In this document: piece by piece, positions 8,558 to 16,633 of the stretch | Layout of the letters: every line of letters starts with the position of its first letter | Position numbering within the stretch: the first letter of the stretch is position 1 | Origin: Sashavirus 536P12 | Direction: 5' to 3' (one strand) | Sequence record: OZ035768.1 | DNA: 55,927 nt | Program-made: the position numbers and the translations under genes | The notes under the pieces: model-generated | The model's database searches: none | What the model was told of the DNA's origin: nothing | What the model saw: only the letters and a program-made list of their open reading frames with translations

Positions 8558-8854
8558 TCATTTGTAATAAAGTTCTTTTTCAAGCCTGATGATTTCTTCT
8601 TTCAACCACGAAAGTTCTAAAAGAGTTTGTTTACCCCACGCCGTCACTTCGGCATACCGTTTACACTCATAACTGTGTTTTTTACGCTCGTAACAGGTAA
8701 GATGTCGTTGACAACGCGTGCTATTTGAAAGGTGAAACCTTATGTTTACACTAACGCGGTTTTCAATTAAATCATCATTTATACAATCGTTTACGTTGCG
8801 CCAGTCTTGTCGCATTTTAGCTAGTACAACAAGTTTTTCAGCCCGTGTGGTCAT
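8558..8854 (-). CDS. hypothetical Cys-rich protein
   Basis: 98-aa ORF; several Cys/His. Confidence 0.5.
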   Translation of the reverse strand: MTTRAEKLVVLAKMRQDWRNVNDCINDDLIENRVSVNIRFHLSNSTRCQRHLTCYERKKHSYECKRYAEVTAWGKQTLLELSWLKEEIIRLEKELYYK

Positions 8855-9163
8855 TTAACTGTCTCCGGTACAAACCACATTGACGCGAGATACGCACACC
8901 CGGCAATTTTATGTTCGTGTTTAGGTTCGAAACTACCCAGAATCACGCTGATGTGTGCGTGGGCCTGTTTAAAATCCACACCTTTAACAGCAACCGCGTA
9001 TTCTTTCAGACCATTGAAAAACCATTTGCTGATCCACTGATTCCACGGGTTAGAATTTTCGAAAAAATTCTTTCGGAATACTACCCATCGTCGGGAGGAA
9101 TTCAGCAATGTTTTTAGGTCCAAAAGCAATATCCAGTTGTGTAATATTTTCATTCGGTTTCAT
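8851..9163 (-). CDS. hypothetical protein interrupted by a frameshift at a T6/A6 homopolymer
   Basis: ATG at 9163 with AAGGGTGA SD opens a 37-codon frame (MKPNENITQLDIAFGPKNIAEF...) that stops just after the A6 run at 9062-9067; the protein-like continuation lies in the +1 frame (ORF 8851..9153); removing one nucleotide from the run fuses them into ~103 aa. Confidence 0.35.
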
Positions 9164-9189
9164 AGTTATCACCCTTCGTTCATTTGATG

Positions 9190-9235
9190 ACTAAAGCATA
9201 ATCGCATGTTTGCAATCTGTCAAGAATTATTTTAA
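9190..9235 (-). promoter_or_regulatory. conserved promoter element (P4)
   Basis: GTCAAGAATTATTTTAA at 9219-9235; minus-strand -35 TTGACA, 17-nt spacer, -10 TATGCT. Confidence 0.65.
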
Positions 9236-9305
9236 CACCGTGCAAAAAAACCATCACTGATATAACATACGTTAAGAACCGTAAACCGTATGGAGCCTGT
9301 AGAAC

Positions 9306-10661
9306 ATGGCTGATCAACAATTCGAACAACTAGCCGTTGCCGGGTACAGTCGAACAGGCAACCAGGTAAACGACGATTTCCTTCCTAAACTGAATGGTAA
9401 ACAAGGCCGTCGTATTCTTCGTCAGATGGCTGAGAACGACGAAACGATCGGTGGTGTACTGTTTGCTATGAGTAGCGTTTATCGTTCTGTACAGTGGATT
9501 TTTGACCCGTCTGACAAAGATGATCCAGAAGCTATCCGTTATTCAGAATGGTTACAGGATGCTATTGAAAATAAAATGGGTGATCCGCGTGGTGCACTCC
9601 CGGATGATACCTGGTCTGCGTTCGTTCAGACATGGACAGACGTTGATGTATTCGGCTGGGGTTGGTATGACATTTGGGTGAAAGATCTTGATGACGGCAC
9701 GGTGGGTATTGCCCGTCTGGTTCCTGTAGCGCCTGAAACGCTTGCTGGATGGGATATAGAAGAACCGACAGGTTATGTTCGTGGTATTTATCAACGTTCA
9801 CCTAACCAGGGTACAACGACGTTAATCACGCGTGACCGTTCGCTTCATTTGATTTCAAGTCCGAATAAAGGTAACCCGGAAGGTTTATCACTGCTGCGCA
9901 CAGCTTATCGTCCGTGGTACTACAAAAAAGTGAATATGGAAATCGAATCCATACTTGCCGAACGTGGTACAGGGTTCCCGGTAATTACTGTTAACGCAGA
10001 TATTAAGAAAGCGGCTAATGACCCCAACGTTCCTGAACAACAGCGTCAGGCAGCACAGGCGATGATTGATAACTATGAAAACATCGTCGCTAATATCAAA
10101 CGCAATGAACAATCAGGGCTGGTGATTTATTCTAAACCGTATATCATGGGTTACGATAACGAAACAGGTGTTACTACGTACGGTGGTGAACAACAGGTGA
10201 AACTGGAATTCGTTACACCTAACCAGACCAGTTCCGTGGATATTGACCGGACGATTAAACGCCTGGATACCAGTATTGCCCGTGCGTTACTGGCTGATTT
10301 CATGTTTTTCGGAACGGGTGGTAATACCGGGAATAACGCTAATCTGGGTAGTCGTACTGAATTATGGATCCGCGCAATGCAATCACGTATTGACAGCATT
10401 GTAGAATGTGTTAATCGTCAGTTGATACCGCAGTTATGGTCGTTAAACGCATTCCCGAATGAATACCGCCCGTCGATTCGCGCCGGGTCGATCAGTAAAG
10501 ACAGTATCGAGACGTTGACCACTGCACTTGCACGACTTGCACAAGCTGGTGCGCCTGTATTCCCGGATCCAGACCTTCAGGAATACGTATATAAAGAGGC
10601 TGGTCTACCTATTACGGGGATTGATAAAGCAGGGGACGGATTACCGTCTATTGACGACTGA
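9306..10661 (+). CDS. portal protein candidate
   Basis: 451 aa; size and position (after terminase, before MuF-like protein and capsid genes); no motif checked by search. Confidence 0.5.
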   Translation: MADQQFEQLAVAGYSRTGNQVNDDFLPKLNGKQGRRILRQMAENDETIGGVLFAMSSVYRSVQWIFDPSDKDDPEAIRYSEWLQDAIENKMGDPRGALPDDTWSAFVQTWTDVDVFGWGWYDIWVKDLDDGTVGIARLVPVAPETLAGWDIEEPTGYVRGIYQRSPNQGTTTLITRDRSLHLISSPNKGNPEGLSLLRTAYRPWYYKKVNMEIESILAERGTGFPVITVNADIKKAANDPNVPEQQRQAAQAMIDNYENIVANIKRNEQSGLVIYSKPYIMGYDNETGVTTYGGEQQVKLEFVTPNQTSSVDIDRTIKRLDTSIARALLADFMFFGTGGNTGNNANLGSRTELWIRAMQSRIDSIVECVNRQLIPQLWSLNAFPNEYRPSIRAGSISKDSIETLTTALARLAQAGAPVFPDPDLQEYVYKEAGLPITGIDKAGDGLPSIDD

Positions 10662-10664
10662 ATG

Positions 10665-10697
10665 AAAAAGGGACCAGAAACGGTCCCTTAATTTTTA
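10665..10697. terminator. bidirectional rho-independent terminator
   Basis: AGGGACCAGAAACGGTCCCT hairpin flanked by an A-run and a T-run between convergent genes. Confidence 0.7.
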
Positions 10698-11027
10698 CTT
10701 AGTTTCAGGCTGCACGATTGACAGTAATTTACTCGCTTCATCAACAGCAGTCTGAATACGAGTCTGTAACGGGTAACTGTTGTTGATCGCGCGTTCCAGC
10801 GTTTTATCAAGCAGTTGCAGTTTGACTTCATCATCGCCAGTGAACGCGTACATGTCAGCGACAACTTCCTTAAACTGTGATGCTTTCTCAACGATAGTTG
10901 TGGTTACAATGTAGTTCCAGACTTTGTTAAGTAGTTTAAATTTCACTTCGTTGTCAGCAACTGCATCAACCAGAATTTCAGCAGCAGTCTTATCATATTT
11001 AACAAGCTCAAGAATTTCAAAACGCAT
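10695..11027 (-). CDS. hypothetical protein
   Basis: 110-aa ORF. Confidence 0.5.
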   Translation of the reverse strand: MRFEILELVKYDKTAAEILVDAVADNEVKFKLLNKVWNYIVTTTIVEKASQFKEVVADMYAFTGDDEVKLQLLDKTLERAINNSYPLQTRIQTAVDEASKLLSIVQPETK

Positions 11028-11042
11028 TTAAGTTTTCTCCTG

Positions 11043-11387
11043 TCAGTTAACGTACTTCGCGATCAGTTTATCACAGTCCTCGCGACAGGTAGCATACTTA
11101 AACAGGTCACTGGCTGCTTCTGCCCGGTAGTCAGTATCAATGGTGTAATGTTCATTAACATAGTTATAGGCTGCAAGGTAATTGCTGAACATCCCCGTGG
11201 TTACCACTTTCGGTTGTTCCCTTACGACCTTACCGTTAAACAGATATACTATTAGCAAAATCAGACCACCGATCACAGGACTTGTGAGAAATGCGATAAA
11301 GAACCATACACCAGGGTTACGACCTGTTTGTTTGGCAACACCCGCGACAACCAGAGAGAAAAGAATCCATAAAATAGCGAATAACAT
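11043..11387 (-). CDS. membrane protein (2 TM helices at N-terminus)
   Basis: 114 aa; MLFAILWILFSLVVAGVA and VWFFIAFLTSPVIGGLILLIVYLF. Confidence 0.5.
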   Translation of the reverse strand: MLFAILWILFSLVVAGVAKQTGRNPGVWFFIAFLTSPVIGGLILLIVYLFNGKVVREQPKVVTTGMFSNYLAAYNYVNEHYTIDTDYRAEAASDLFKYATCREDCDKLIAKYVN

Positions 11388-11411
11388 GATTGTGCCCTCC
11401 TTTGTTTTGAT

Positions 11412-11459
11412 GTTTGTAGGTTACACGTCCTTGTGTAATCCATCAAGAATTATTTTAAA
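11412..11459 (-). promoter_or_regulatory. conserved promoter element (P5, -35 variant TTGATG)
   Basis: ATCAAGAATTATTTTAAA at 11442-11459. Confidence 0.6.
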
Positions 11460-11698
11460 TTATCGTAGACAGGCGGTAAACCCATTGCGGCCTGTACAGA
11501 CCGTTTTTCGTATTCCTCCCGCAGTTTCTGAAGCTGTTCAATACCGATGTCACAACCACGCATAATATCAGCGCACAGGTCGTTGTAGGTCGCTTCAGAT
11601 TGCTTGCAGTGTGGGTAATCAACACAGGATGGATCTGCAATAATGACTTTCGGCAGATACGCGACAGTATCGCCCATTGCGTTCTTAAATATCGTCAT
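11450..11698 (-). CDS. hypothetical protein
   Basis: 82-aa ORF; last codons overlap the UP-like part of P5. Confidence 0.45.
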   Translation of the reverse strand: MTIFKNAMGDTVAYLPKVIIADPSCVDYPHCKQSEATYNDLCADIMRGCDIGIEQLQKLREEYEKRSVQAAMGLPPVYDNLK

Positions 11699-12024
11699 AA
11701 ATACGACCCCACAATTGCTGCACAGTTGACGATCGCTAAACGCGTTGCTTTTTCACGGTCTTCTCCGTGGCTAACTGGTTGCTTATAACTAACGCCAGTG
11801 TCAGGGTTATTAACCGTCACTTCGTTGTCACGAACATCCAGATCCATGTACATGTTAACCATCAGACTGAAAGCATCCTCATTACGTGTAAGAGGATTCC
11901 ACAGGCGACCATTACCTATATCAATACCTTCGTTTATGTAACGTTCGTCGTACGCGACGTAATATTTACCCTGGATTTCAGCAGCCCGTGCTGCGTTGAC
12001 TAATAAATCACGATTGTTCATCAT
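11695..12024 (-). CDS. hypothetical protein
   Basis: 109-aa ORF overlapping neighbours by 4 nt. Confidence 0.5.
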   Translation of the reverse strand: MMNNRDLLVNAARAAEIQGKYYVAYDERYINEGIDIGNGRLWNPLTRNEDAFSLMVNMYMDLDVRDNEVTVNNPDTGVSYKQPVSHGEDREKATRLAIVNCAAIVGSYL

Positions 12025-12524
12025 ACCCGTCCTGTTGATCCAAACCCGCCATTACGCTGACTATCAACATCTGGTAATTCTTCCACTTCAACCAGGTTAA
12101 CAGGTTCGACACGTTCAACCATAAGCTGGCAAACGCGTTCACCGTCTGCGATGGTCTGTAATTTCTGCCCGTGGTTAGTCAGCGTAACGTAGTATTCTTC
12201 TTTGTAATCACGATCACCGATACCCACACAGTTGATTAGTGACAAACCGTGTTTAAGACTCATGCCGGAACGTGGATAGAATTTAATGCAATATCCGCTA
12301 TCAACTGACATTTTCAGACCAGTGGGGATCATAGCGCGGTCGCTGGGCCATAATGCGATTGTTCCTGCAACAACCGGACGTTCCACTTTAGCACCCGATT
12401 CCGTGAATACCGTTACCGATTCTTCCCACAGGCAAGCACGAACGTCTAACCCGGCGCTGTCTGGTGTTGCACGTGTCGGAAGTTCGGCGCGGGGTGTTAG
12501 TTTTTTGATATACAGGTTAGTCAT
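12021..12524 (-). CDS. dut: dUTPase (trimeric dUTP diphosphatase / dCTP deaminase superfamily)
   Basis: motifs AGLDV (I), PRSGMSLKHGL (III), GIGDRDYKEEY (IV), RNGGFGSTG (V). Confidence 0.8.
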   Translation of the reverse strand: MTNLYIKKLTPRAELPTRATPDSAGLDVRACLWEESVTVFTESGAKVERPVVAGTIALWPSDRAMIPTGLKMSVDSGYCIKFYPRSGMSLKHGLSLINCVGIGDRDYKEEYYVTLTNHGQKLQTIADGERVCQLMVERVEPVNLVEVEELPDVDSQRNGGFGSTGRV

Positions 12525-12554
12525 TGTTTGATTCCTCAGTGTGTTTCGTTCGTG

Positions 12555-12602
12555 ACAAATGTTAGTGTTACTGCTTGCAATGTGTCAAGAATTATTTTAA
12601 AC
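12555..12602 (-). promoter_or_regulatory. conserved promoter element (P6)
   Basis: GTCAAGAATTATTTTAAAC at 12584-12602; minus-strand -35 TTGACA. Confidence 0.6.
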
Positions 12603-12631
12603 TTCTGTCAACGTTAACCAATGAGGAATAA

Positions 12632-13291
12632 ATGATGCGTAACTTTAACTGGAGTGAAGCACCGGACTGGGCTACTTGTGTTGTTAAACCAAAAATTAAT
12701 AAATTCAGTGTTGATTATCACTGGTCAGAAGAACCCCGTGCAGATGCACGCATGATGAGAATTGAAACCGGTACTGAATTTACAATGATCAGTGAAAATT
12801 TCTGGGAAATCATCGCAAAACGCCCTGTAGGTTCACCACGGGATGTAACGGTTACTCGTGTTAACGACGACCAGTTAGTCAAACATGGTTATTCTATTCG
12901 TACTAATGATGAAATAACAAAATATGAACAACCATCAACAGTAACCAGTGCATCTAGACCAACACCACCTTCAAACTGTCGGTGTACATTTACACCTGTT
13001 CAACAACCATCAACAGCGTCTGACTTGCTGAAACAGGCTGAACAGCTACTGACAGAACGTGGTAAGCAGTACGACACGTCTGGTCAGGAACGTTCGTCAG
13101 CTAAAATCGTTGCTGCGTTTAACACAATTACCGGGCGCGACTTAACACCGGGTGAAGGGTGGTTATTCCTGATGCTGTTAAAAGCGGTTCGTTTCTATTC
13201 CAACACTGAAACACCACATCGTGACAGTCTGGAAGACCTGATCAGCTATGCTGCTTTACACGCAGAGGAATATCTTAACGATGAACGGTGA
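12632..13291 (+). CDS. hypothetical protein
   Basis: 219-aa ORF; GAGGAA SD. Confidence 0.5.
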   Translation: MMRNFNWSEAPDWATCVVKPKINKFSVDYHWSEEPRADARMMRIETGTEFTMISENFWEIIAKRPVGSPRDVTVTRVNDDQLVKHGYSIRTNDEITKYEQPSTVTSASRPTPPSNCRCTFTPVQQPSTASDLLKQAEQLLTERGKQYDTSGQERSSAKIVAAFNTITGRDLTPGEGWLFLMLLKAVRFYSNTETPHRDSLEDLISYAALHAEEYLNDER

Positions 13292-13463
13292 ACAAGCATT
13301 CGACCTTCTGGTTAAATACGACATTATTGTTATTCACTGTGACCGTGAACAGATCGTTTTTACAGACGATCTTCGTTATGAAGAACCTTATGATGGTGAT
13401 AAACGGTCTGCCACGATTCGGTTAATCGAACGTGTGGCACGTGACAGAGGGGAACTATTATAA
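13281..13463 (+). CDS. hypothetical small protein
   Basis: ORF 13248..13463; likely start ATG 13281 after GAGGAA. Confidence 0.4.
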   Translation: MNGEQAFDLLVKYDIIVIHCDREQIVFTDDLRYEEPYDGDKRSATIRLIERVARDRGELL

Positions 13464-13657
13464 TGGTTCAAACTATTTCTGAATTACTACCCACCGTTTA
13501 TGGCAACGTGACAGAACTTGCCAGGCGGATTGGGTGTAACAAAGCGACAGTTTATAAATATATGGATGACACCAACGGTGAATTTCACGCAGTGGTGAAT
13601 GGTAAGTTGATGGTCAGACCCGGTTTTAAAGGACGTTATAATCGTGACAAAAGATGA
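13463..13657 (+). CDS. small HTH DNA-binding protein candidate
   Basis: 64 aa; NVTELARRIGCNKATVYKYM resembles a helix-turn-helix; start overlaps the previous stop (TAATG). Confidence 0.4.
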   Translation: MVQTISELLPTVYGNVTELARRIGCNKATVYKYMDDTNGEFHAVVNGKLMVRPGFKGRYNRDKR

Positions 13658-13788
13658 AAAATTATTACGTGAACTTGAAATAGACTACGAACGAGCACAA
13701 AAAGCGTTACAGTTTCTGGAAGAACAGATCCGCGAAGTTAAGAACCGCATTCAGGGAACTGAAAAACGTAATCTTCCACGCCCGTAAC

Positions 13789-13830
13789 ACGTGATATAAT
13801 CGGCCTCAGTGTGTTAACTGAGGCTTTTTT
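13789..13830 (+). promoter_or_regulatory. extended -10 promoter plus palindromic hairpin element abutting the start codon
   Basis: TGaTATAAT at 13792-13800; palindrome GCCTCAG-N8-CTGAGGC (13803-13824) followed by T6 and the ATG at 13831; the GAGG inside the 3' arm is the only SD-like sequence. Confidence 0.45.
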
Positions 13831-14790
13831 ATGGCTACTAAAGACCCATACCCGGATATTTCAGACAAGTATGACGCTCGTATTCGCGAAGCACTTGATA
13901 TTGTGTGGGAAAACGTGCGTCGTAGTGAGTCGTTAGCTAACCTGGAATACATCATTGAAACTCAGGGTATTGCCGGACTACTCCCCATTCTTGAAACACT
14001 TCCTGATGAACTTAGTGCACAGTTGCGCCCGGTTATTGAAGACGCGATCGCCGAATCAGGTCGTATAGTCGTTCAGGTTTTACCGAAAGCGGCTGTGACA
14101 GGTCCGGTTGTGTTCAGTCTGGTCACCCCACAGGTCAGTACATACATCAACAACTATGTCGGACAACTGATCCGTGAAGTCAGTGATGAAACAGTCAAAG
14201 CTGTTCAGATTGCAGTTAACCAGGGTGTGGTAACCGGACGAAATCCGCGTCAGATAGCCCGTGATTTTCGATCATCAATAGGGTTAACCACACGGCAGGA
14301 AATGACGGTTCAACGTCTGCGATCAGCACTGGAAAAAGGTGAATCAGGTTATGTGAACAGTCTGACCACAGTTACAGACAGTGCGAAGAACGCTGTAAGT
14401 GCCGGGAAACTATCACAGGCGAAGATTGACCAGATAATCGAACAGACACGCTTGCGTTACGTAAAACAGCGCACAGAGACAATAGCGCGTACTGAATCAC
14501 TTCGTGCTGTATCCGTTGGTCAGGACCAGGCTATTCGTCAGGGTCAGGTTACGGGGTCGATCAGTAATGAATTATTAAAACGTTGGTTGTACAGGAAGGA
14601 TGGTCGGACACGTGACGCGCATATTTCCACAGGTGAAACGAATGGCTGGATACCAATGGACAGACCGTTTTCAACGCCGTTAGGACCACTTATGTTTCCT
14701 CGTGATCCTAACGGTAGTGCCGCGAATGTGATTAATTGCCGTTGCCGGGTACAGTACAGTTTGCCGGAAGATATTGGTTCGTTTGGTTAA
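13831..14790 (+). CDS. minor head protein (Mu F-like / SPP1 gp7-like head morphogenesis protein)
   Basis: 319 aa; C-terminal NCRCRV motif characteristic of the family. Confidence 0.65.
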   Translation: MATKDPYPDISDKYDARIREALDIVWENVRRSESLANLEYIIETQGIAGLLPILETLPDELSAQLRPVIEDAIAESGRIVVQVLPKAAVTGPVVFSLVTPQVSTYINNYVGQLIREVSDETVKAVQIAVNQGVVTGRNPRQIARDFRSSIGLTTRQEMTVQRLRSALEKGESGYVNSLTTVTDSAKNAVSAGKLSQAKIDQIIEQTRLRYVKQRTETIARTESLRAVSVGQDQAIRQGQVTGSISNELLKRWLYRKDGRTRDAHISTGETNGWIPMDRPFSTPLGPLMFPRDPNGSAANVINCRCRVQYSLPEDIGSFG

Positions 14791-15017
14791 TCAGGTTCAC
14801 GCCAGTCAAGAGGTCGCACATCACATAACAGACGAACATTATCTTCAAATTTTATGTTTATCCTGTGATGTGCAGTATCATTTTCATAAACAGAAGGCCA
14901 TATTTCATAACCCTGAACAGTTCGTGCCACCCACTTGTTAATGCTTGCCAGATGGATCAACACTTCACAACCAACTGGAGGTAGGTTTTTACCATCCCAA
15001 ATCTGTTTCATTCCCAT
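14787..15017 (-). CDS. hypothetical protein
   Basis: 76 aa; AGGAG SD 9 nt upstream. Confidence 0.5.
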   Translation of the reverse strand: MGMKQIWDGKNLPPVGCEVLIHLASINKWVARTVQGYEIWPSVYENDTAHHRINIKFEDNVRLLCDVRPLDWREPD

Positions 15018-15244
15018 AGTGGTTACTCCTGTTCTGGTTTAAACACGCGACTGTTTTAAGTGCCATTGAGCAATGCAGAAGAACGTTGAACCGGGGGGGC
15101 ACTAAAACCGTTAAACAAACCGCCATTTTTTACGCTTATCAATGGTCATTCCTGTTTCTCCCCGCAGAACGGACAATAAGACATTTTGATGTTGATTTCC
15201 AGGCGTGTGAAGTTTGTCACCAACTTTTTTCATACAATCACACA

Positions 15245-15406
15245 TTACGCGTACCTCGATAGTCGTCTTAATTTAACGATCAACCTTGTGACTTTACTCC
15301 AGTCAGATTCAGTAAAGTAGTCCACATCTTTAGCCCATAACTCATTAACATGTCGTGGGTTATATGGTTCTTTCTTAACTGGCGGTTTCCTTTTCTTTTT
15401 ACCCAT
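15245..15406 (-). CDS. small basic protein (53 aa), unannotated in the ORF track
   Basis: ATG at 15406 with GGAGAA SD; N-terminal MGKKKRKPPVKK; stop TAA verified at 15245-15247. Confidence 0.3.
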   Translation of the reverse strand: MGKKKRKPPVKKEPYNPRHVNELWAKDVDYFTESDWSKVTRLIVKLRRLSRYA

Positions 15407-15409
15407 AGG

Positions 15410-15790
15410 TTATTCTCCAGGGTGACGGATGTTTAGATCCGGGAGAATTTGCATCGGGTTAAACGTAACACGATAACGATACTGATCTGTTGGCGAGGGG
15501 TCTGTTTGTTCAATGAAATAAGTTACCTCCGTGGTTAACCCCATAAAGTGTTTCTTAACGTCGTTCGGACCAGTTTTACAGGTGATTTCGATCTCTTTAC
15601 TAGTGTTCTCACGGGCACAACGACCTTCGATAGACAAAAGATACTCACCGTTACGAACGTTATAGAAAACGATACGACGATTTACTTCAAAGTTAGCTGC
15701 AGCGGTTGCAACGTTACGACTGGCAACATCAGCAGCGTTATCACAGGCTGTCAGGGTTGTTAACATTGCGCATAGAATCAGTTTCTTCAT
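15410..15790 (-). CDS. lipoprotein (candidate superinfection-exclusion lipoprotein)
   Basis: signal peptide plus lipobox MKKLILCAMLTTLTAC; 126 aa. Confidence 0.6.
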   Translation of the reverse strand: MKKLILCAMLTTLTACDNAADVASRNVATAAANFEVNRRIVFYNVRNGEYLLSIEGRCARENTSKEIEITCKTGPNDVKKHFMGLTTEVTYFIEQTDPSPTDQYRYRVTFNPMQILPDLNIRHPGE

Positions 15791-15805
15791 TTTAGTGTCT
15801 CGGAG

Positions 15806-16189
15806 TTATTTAATGATTAATGTTGGTTGTAAGTCTTCTTCATACCAAGTCCAACCAATGCATGTACCATCTTCAGCATCAACATATGGTTTCAACCAAT
15901 CGATAAATTGTTCAATCTCACTATCATAATTTTTAATATCGCTACGACTAAAAATATATTGAGTATCGGTGAAATCAAATTTAGGACAACTATTTATTAC
16001 TTCCGGGTGATGATAAAAACTGCTACAACTACCAATAAAATTCCACCTGGGGAGACTGAAAAACTTATGTTGTGGTAGTTTCTCTGGTTCTTTTTCACCA
16101 CAGAACATGTGTGCAATAACAGCTTTCACATCCACAGGTACATCTGCTTTAATCTGACACTTCAATACTAATTCGGTATACATTCCCAT
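15806..16189 (-). CDS. hypothetical protein
   Basis: ORF 15806..16264 over-extends into promoter P7 (TTG start); likely start ATG 16189 preceded by GAGGGTG. Confidence 0.45.
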   Translation of the reverse strand: MGMYTELVLKCQIKADVPVDVKAVIAHMFCGEKEPEKLPQHKFFSLPRWNFIGSCSSFYHHPEVINSCPKFDFTDTQYIFSRSDIKNYDSEIEQFIDWLKPYVDAEDGTCIGWTWYEEDLQPTLIIK

Positions 16190-16229
16190 TTTCACACCCT
16201 CGTTCATAAGCAACCCATCACTGCTTCCC

Positions 16230-16277
16230 GTGATAAAGATACCCCACCGCTTGTAATCCGTCAAGAATTATTTTAAA
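16230..16277 (-). promoter_or_regulatory. conserved promoter element (P7)
   Basis: GTCAAGAATTATTTTAAA at 16260-16277; minus-strand -35 TTGACG, -10 TATCTT. Confidence 0.65.
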
Positions 16278-16560
16278 GGTACAGCTAATACAGAACGTGT
16301 ACTAACTGCACATAGTTCTACATAGGTTTCATGATTTTGAGTTGCAGCTAATACAGAACGTGTATTAGTAGATCATGGGTTCATAGATTTCGTCATGTTT
16401 ATTTTTTAACCAACCTCTCTCTATCTTATTCTTTTTATTATCTTTTTATAATAAACATGATAAACATAGATAAATAGAAGAGTAGTATAAGTAGTATAAG
16501 TTGCTGCAAGTAGGAGAGGTTTAAAAGGTATAGGGAGTCGCATACTTCCCATGAATCTAT
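16278..16560. repeat. iteron-rich AT-rich region A (candidate origin or regulatory hub)
   Basis: two copies of AGCTAATACAGAACGTGTA; a 69-bp block (16382-16450) ~97% identical to 55578-55646; inverted arms CATAGATTTCGTCATG / CATGAATCTATACG flank the AT-rich core. Confidence 0.7.
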
Positions 16561-16603
16561 ACGTAAAATAATTCTTGACGGATTACACCGACACAACTAC
16601 CCT
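16561..16603 (+). promoter_or_regulatory. conserved promoter element (P8, + orientation)
   Basis: AAAATAATTCTTGACGGATTACA with TTGACG at 16575-16580; divergent from P7 across region A. Confidence 0.6.
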
Positions 16604-16633
16604 GTGGTTAAGAAAACAAGAAGGGTTGAATGT

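Noticed and set aside
8911-9117. Plus-strand 68-aa ORF opposite the frameshifted gene
   Set aside because: It is antisense to a minus-strand gene that has a strong SD and sits in an operon context; its composition is atypical and no promoter or RBS supports it.
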